A stretch of DNA of 64,000 nucleotides from Candidatus Stercoripulliclostridium merdipullorum. Its GTDB lineage: Bacteria; Bacillota; Clostridia; Christensenellales; DTU072. Location of the stretch: positions 13,959-77,958 of the forward strand of contig DVOH01000013.1 in the NCBI GenBank assembly GCA_018713745.1. Direction: 5' to 3'. The notes below the pieces were generated by a model. That model had not been told where the DNA came from. It did no database searches and saw only the letters and a program-made list of their open reading frames with translations. Both the position numbers and the translations under genes were made by a program. Shown here piece after piece: positions 60,270 to 64,000 of the stretch (positions within the stretch are counted from its first letter, which is position 1; each line of letters opens with the position of its first letter).

Positions 60270-60812
60270 CTATTTGGCGTTCGATTTGCCTTCTTTGCGG
60301 ATGATGGTTTCATCCTTGTAGCGGATGCCGTAGCCGTGATAAGGTTCGGGCTTGCGGATCGCTTTGATGTCCGCGGCAAACTGACCGACCTGGACTTTGT
60401 CGATGCCTTTGACGCAGATCTCGGTGGGAGAAACGACGGCGAGTTCGATGCCTTTGGGGGGCACGACGTCGACGGTGTGGCTGTAGCCGACCGAAAGAAC
60501 GACTTTGTTGCCTTGCGCGACCGCTTTGTAACCGACGCCGGCGATGACCAGGCTCTTCTCATAGCCCTTTTCGACGCCGACCACCATGTTGTGGATCAGC
60601 GCGCGGTACAGACCGTGAGCGGCTTTGACGGCTTTTTCTTCGCTGGCACGGGTGACGTGTACGACGCCGTCTTCGACCGATACGCCGATTTTGGGGTTCT
60701 CGATCGCTTGGGTCAGGGTGCCTTTGGGTCCCTTGACGGTTACGACGCCGTCTTTGAATTCAACCGAAATCCCGTTGTTCAGCTTGATGGGAAGTCTACC
60801 GATTCTCGACAT
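60270..60812 (-). CDS. rplF: 50S ribosomal protein L6
   Basis: [28 protein letters not shown]. Confidence 0.98.
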   Translation of the reverse strand: MSRIGRLPIKLNNGISVEFKDGVVTVKGPKGTLTQAIENPKIGVSVEDGVVHVTRASEEKAVKAAHGLYRALIHNMVVGVEKGYEKSLVIAGVGYKAVAQGNKVVLSVGYSHTVDVVPPKGIELAVVSPTEICVKGIDKVQVGQFAADIKAIRKPEPYHGYGIRYKDETIIRKEGKSNAK

Positions 60813-60822
60813 AACGCACCTC

Positions 60823-61227
60823 CTACCAGATATAGGCGAGGACTTCGCCGCCGGCGCCGATGGCGCGGGCTTTCTTGTCGGTCATCACGCCCTTGGAGGT
60901 CGAGATGATGGCAATACCCATACCGTTGAGGACTTTGGGAAGGGCGTCACTCTTGGCGTAAATGCGCAGACCGGGTTTGGAAATGCGCTTCAGACCGTTG
61001 ATGACCTTCTGTTTGTCGGCGGTATATTTCAGTTCGATGTGAATGGTGTCCTGCACCTGGTTTTCCGCCTTGACGACGGTAGCCGATTTGATGAAGCCTT
61101 CTTCCACGAGGATTTCGGCAATGGACACTTTGATTTTGGATGCGGGAACATCCACGGACTCGTGTTTTGCGGTGAGACCGTTGCGGATACGGGTGAGCAT
61201 ATCTGCGATGGGATCTGTCATACTCAT
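60823..61227 (-). CDS. rpsH: 30S ribosomal protein S8
   Basis: [35 protein letters not shown]. Start moved to ATG at 61227. Confidence 0.98.
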   Translation of the reverse strand: MSMTDPIADMLTRIRNGLTAKHESVDVPASKIKVSIAEILVEEGFIKSATVVKAENQVQDTIHIELKYTADKQKVINGLKRISKPGLRIYAKSDALPKVLNGMGIAIISTSKGVMTDKKARAIGAGGEVLAYIW

Positions 61228-61238
61228 TGTTACACCTC

Positions 61239-61424
61239 CTACCAGCTTGCTTTGCGGACGCCGGGGATTTCGCCCTTGTACGCGAGTTCTCTGAAGCAAA
61301 TTCTGCAAATACCGTACTTGCGGAGGACGGCGTGCGGTCTGCCGCAGATAGAGCAACGGGTATATTCTCTCGTCGAGAATTTCTGCTTCTTTTGTTGCTT
61401 ATTGATCATGGATTTTTTAGCCAT
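61239..61424 (-). CDS. rpsN: 30S ribosomal protein S14, type Z (Zn-binding)
   Basis: RCSICGRPH...[20 protein letters not shown]. Confidence 0.98.
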   Translation of the reverse strand: MAKKSMINKQQKKQKFSTREYTRCSICGRPHAVLRKYGICRICFRELAYKGEIPGVRKASW

Positions 61425-61436
61425 TCTTTTGACCTC

Positions 61437-62027
61437 CTACTTTGCAAAAGGCATACCGAGCAACTTCAGAAGTTCTCTTGCCTCTTCGTCGGTGTTTGCG
61501 GTGGTTACGAAGCTGACGTCGAAACCTCTGACCTTTTCGATCTGGTCGTAAGCGATTTCGGGGAAGATCAGCTGTTCTTTGATGCCGAGGGCGTAGTTGC
61601 CTCTGCCGTCGAAGGACTTCGCGGAAATCCCTTTGAAGTCGCGGACGCGGGGCAGCGCGATCGAAATCAGTTTGTCAAAGAAGTTCCACATGCGTTCACC
61701 GCGGAGCGTAACCATGGCGCCGATGTTCTGGTTCTGTCTGACCTTGAAGTTGGCAACCGATTTTCTGGCTTTGGTGACGATGGCTTTCTGCCCGGCAATC
61801 TGTTCGAGTTCGCCGACGGCAAGCTGCATGCTCTTGGGGTTGTCCTTGATGTCGCCCATACGCATGTTAAGTACGATCTTTTCGAGTTTGGGAACCTGCA
61901 TGATCGAGCTGTACGCAAAGGTCTTCATCAGAGCGGGAACGACTTCTTCGGTGTATTTGACTTTGAGGCGGCTGACTTCCTTGACGGGAGCGGTGACCTC
62001 TACTGCTTGTTCTGCTTTTTTCGCCAT
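61437..62027 (-). CDS. rplE: 50S ribosomal protein L5 (short N-terminal extension)
   Basis: [37 protein letters not shown]. Confidence 0.98.
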   Translation of the reverse strand: MAKKAEQAVEVTAPVKEVSRLKVKYTEEVVPALMKTFAYSSIMQVPKLEKIVLNMRMGDIKDNPKSMQLAVGELEQIAGQKAIVTKARKSVANFKVRQNQNIGAMVTLRGERMWNFFDKLISIALPRVRDFKGISAKSFDGRGNYALGIKEQLIFPEIAYDQIEKVRGFDVSFVTTANTDEEARELLKLLGMPFAK

Positions 62028-62042
62028 TTTTAAGCCTCCCTA

Positions 62043-62498
62043 TTATTCTTCGGTAGCGGCGGGTTTCGCCTTCTTTCTGACGGCGGCTTTTGCCTTGGGT
62101 GCCGCTTCGGTCGTTGCTGCGGCGTCGGCGTCTGCCTTTTTGGCGCGGGTCTTCTTTTGAGCGGGCTTCTTGGTCACGAGGACTGCGCCGCACTTTTTGC
62201 AGATGCGCACCTTTTTGCCGTCCTGCTCGGCATAGCCGACGCGGGTGGGCGTGTTGCAAGCCGAACACACGGGCATGACGTTGCTGATATCGACGCTGCC
62301 GGGTTGTTCGATGATGCCGCCTTTGTCCGAAGCCTTGCGGGCTTTGACCGCTTTTTTGTTGACGGTCACAAGTCCTTTGCCTTCGATCAGCACGCGGTGA
62401 TTGTCTTTGTTGACGGCGAGAACCTGAGCGGTTTTGCCCTTGTCCTTACCGGCGATGATCATAACGTAATCGTCTTTTTTTACGCTGAATTTTGCCAT
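62043..62498 (-). CDS. rplX: 50S ribosomal protein L24 with CxxC...CxxC and a long Lys/Ala-rich C-terminal tail
   Basis: KKDD.VMIIAGKDKGK, DISNVM, CSAC...CKKC. Start moved to ATG at 62498. Confidence 0.96.
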   Translation of the reverse strand: MAKFSVKKDDYVMIIAGKDKGKTAQVLAVNKDNHRVLIEGKGLVTVNKKAVKARKASDKGGIIEQPGSVDISNVMPVCSACNTPTRVGYAEQDGKKVRICKKCGAVLVTKKPAQKKTRAKKADADAAATTEAAPKAKAAVRKKAKPAATEE

Positions 62499-62508
62499 TG
62501 TCTGCCTC

Positions 62509-62877
62509 CTAAAGAACCTCGGGAGCAAGAGAAATGATCTTCATGTAGTCCTTTTCTCTCAATTCTCTCGCGATTGGTCCGAAGATACGCGATCCGCGGG
62601 GTTGCTTCTGGTTGTCGATGATGACCGCCGCGTTGTCGTCGAATTTGATGTGCGTGCCGTCTTTACGCATAATGCCTTTGTGCGTTCTGACGATAACGGC
62701 TTTGACCACGTCGCCCTTTTTGACGGTGCCGCCGGGGGTCGCCGTTTTGACCGAAGCCACGATCACGTCGCCGATGTTGGCGCTTCTGACATACGATCCG
62801 CCCAGGATCCGGATGCACATAATCTCTTTGGCTCCGCTGTTGTCTGCTACTTTCAGTCTGGTTTGAGGTTGAATCAT
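62509..62877 (-). CDS. rplN: 50S ribosomal protein L14
   Basis: [43 protein letters not shown]. Confidence 0.99.
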   Translation of the reverse strand: MIQPQTRLKVADNSGAKEIMCIRILGGSYVRSANIGDVIVASVKTATPGGTVKKGDVVKAVIVRTHKGIMRKDGTHIKFDDNAAVIIDNQKQPRGSRIFGPIARELREKDYMKIISLAPEVL

Positions 62878-62888
62878 AATGTGCCTCC

Positions 62889-63143
62889 TTACTTCGCTTT
62901 CTCGATGATGGAGACCAAACGCCAGTTCTTATCTTTGGAGAGGGGTCTGGTTTCCATAACCTCGACTTTGTCGCCGATGCCGCACTCGTTGTTTTCGTCG
63001 TGGGCTTTGAGCTTCTTGGTGCGGAGAATATACTTTTTGTACAGAGGGTGTTTGATTTTTTGTTCGACGGCGACGACGATGGTCTTGTCCATCTTATCGC
63101 TTACGACCACACCGACTCTGGTTTTTCTGAGATTTCTTTCCAC
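62889..63143 (-). CDS. rpsQ: 30S ribosomal protein S17
   Basis: [33 protein letters not shown]. Confidence 0.98.
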   Translation of the reverse strand: MERNLRKTRVGVVVSDKMDKTIVVAVEQKIKHPLYKKYILRTKKLKAHDENNECGIGDKVEVMETRPLSKDKNWRLVSIIEKAK

Positions 63144-63158
63144 TGTCGTGTCCTCCTG

Positions 63159-63404
63159 TTATGCCTTCTTTTTGGCTCTGGTCTTTTTGGCGGCCTTCTC
63201 GGGCTCGACGGAAAGACCCAGTTCTCTTTGACGAAGCACGGTCTTGGCGCGCGCGATGTCGCGTTTGCAAGTGACCAGCACCATCGGATTGGAGAGTTGG
63301 TTGGTTGCGTGCTTAAATCTGAGGTTGAACAGCTCTGCTTTGAGCTCGTTGATCTTTTTGACCAGTTCCTCGTTGTTCATTTCAAAAAAGTTGTTCGCTT
63401 TCAT
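63159..63404 (-). CDS. rpmC: 50S ribosomal protein L29 with basic C-terminal extension
   Basis: ELKAELFNLRF..ATNQL.NP....KRDIAR.KT; start overlaps the rplP stop (TAATG), with an alternative start at 63410. Confidence 0.96.
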   Translation of the reverse strand: MKANNFFEMNNEELVKKINELKAELFNLRFKHATNQLSNPMVLVTCKRDIARAKTVLRQRELGLSVEPEKAAKKTRAKKKA

Positions 63405-63838
63405 TAGCATTCACCATCCTCTGCTTGTAAATCGGCTTTCTTGACAAACTTGCACTTGATCGGCAGTTTGTGGGACGCAAGTCTCAAAGCCTCTCTCGCG
63501 ATCTCCTCGCTGACGCCTGCCATCTCGAACATGATTCTGTCGGGTTTGACAACGGCTGCCCAGTATTCGGGAGTACCTTTACCGCTACCCATGCGGGTTT
63601 CGGCGGGTTTTTTGGTGATGGGCTTGTGCGGGAAAATGTTGACCCATACTTGTCCGCCACGCTTGATATATCTCGTCATAGCGATACGGGCGGCTTCGAT
63701 CTGGTTGCTGGTGATCCAGGCGGGTTCGAGCGCCATCAGTCCGTATTCGCCGTAGGCGATGACGTTACCGCGCATTGCGCGACCGGTCATTCTGCCACGG
63801 TGTTGCTTTCTTCTTTTCACACGTTTGGGCATTAACAT
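63404..63838 (-). CDS. rplP: 50S ribosomal protein L16
   Basis: [31 protein letters not shown]. Confidence 0.99.
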   Translation of the reverse strand: MLMPKRVKRRKQHRGRMTGRAMRGNVIAYGEYGLMALEPAWITSNQIEAARIAMTRYIKRGGQVWVNIFPHKPITKKPAETRMGSGKGTPEYWAAVVKPDRIMFEMAGVSEEIAREALRLASHKLPIKCKFVKKADLQAEDGEC

Positions 63839-63839
63839 A

Positions 63840-64000
63840 TTAGTCGTTACCTCCTTTCACCTTGGTGAACACTTCACCTTTATAGATCCAAGCCTTGACG
63901 CCGATGATACCGTAGGTGGTGTGCGCTTCGGCAAACCCGTAGTCGATGTCGGCTCTCAGGGTCTGAAGGGGGATCGAACCTTCGTGGTAACTTTCGCTCC
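63840..64000 (-). CDS. rpsC: 30S ribosomal protein S3, 3' end only
   Basis: Hand translation ..[52 protein letters not shown]; truncated by the window edge. Confidence 0.96.
   Translation of the reverse strand, partial: SESYHEGSIPLQTLRADIDYGFAEAHTTYGIIGVKAWIYKGEVFTKVKGGND

Overview
Core chromosomal segment of an anaerobic, GC-rich (roughly 55%, my estimate) Clostridia-class Firmicute. A Christensenellales-like gut organism that probably sporulates is an inference. I see no mobile elements, CRISPR arrays, rRNA or tRNA genes. Left to right: 5' end of malQ; an nfeD-floA membrane-microdomain operon; a four-subunit 2-oxoacid:ferredoxin oxidoreductase; a degenerate NYN-domain gene; rplU-prp-rpmA; a GH63-like gene with eroded catalytic motifs inside a manA-ROK kinase-radical SAM operon; a PI-PLC; a complete Na+-type A/V-ATPase operon headed by rpiB; sua5; a lipoprotein; tspO; rnfCDGEAB; a 1589-aa doubly anchored surface protein with five repeated beta-sandwich modules; gdhA; a spoVB-like flippase; THF riboswitch-folT; DUF4363/DUF421; uvrA-uvrB; an acyl-CoA synthetase; hom-coaX; and the alpha/spc/S10 ribosomal protein cluster from rplQ to the 3' end of rpsC. 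The most notable observations are: (1) a LexA-box-controlled, leaderless operon in which two related, uncharacterised membrane-anchored winged-helix genes precede and are translationally coupled to uvrBA; (2) repeated leaderless gene starts placed directly behind sigmaA-, sigmaE- and sigmaG-like -10 boxes; (3) an intact but apparently catalytically dead GH63-like protein; (4) the large five-module surface protein with a palindrome over its promoter. Several start codons were moved from the ORF track using RBS and promoter evidence. Genes missing from the track (malQ, rpmJ, rpmD, rpsC) were translated by hand. Family assignments come from motif recognition, not database searches.
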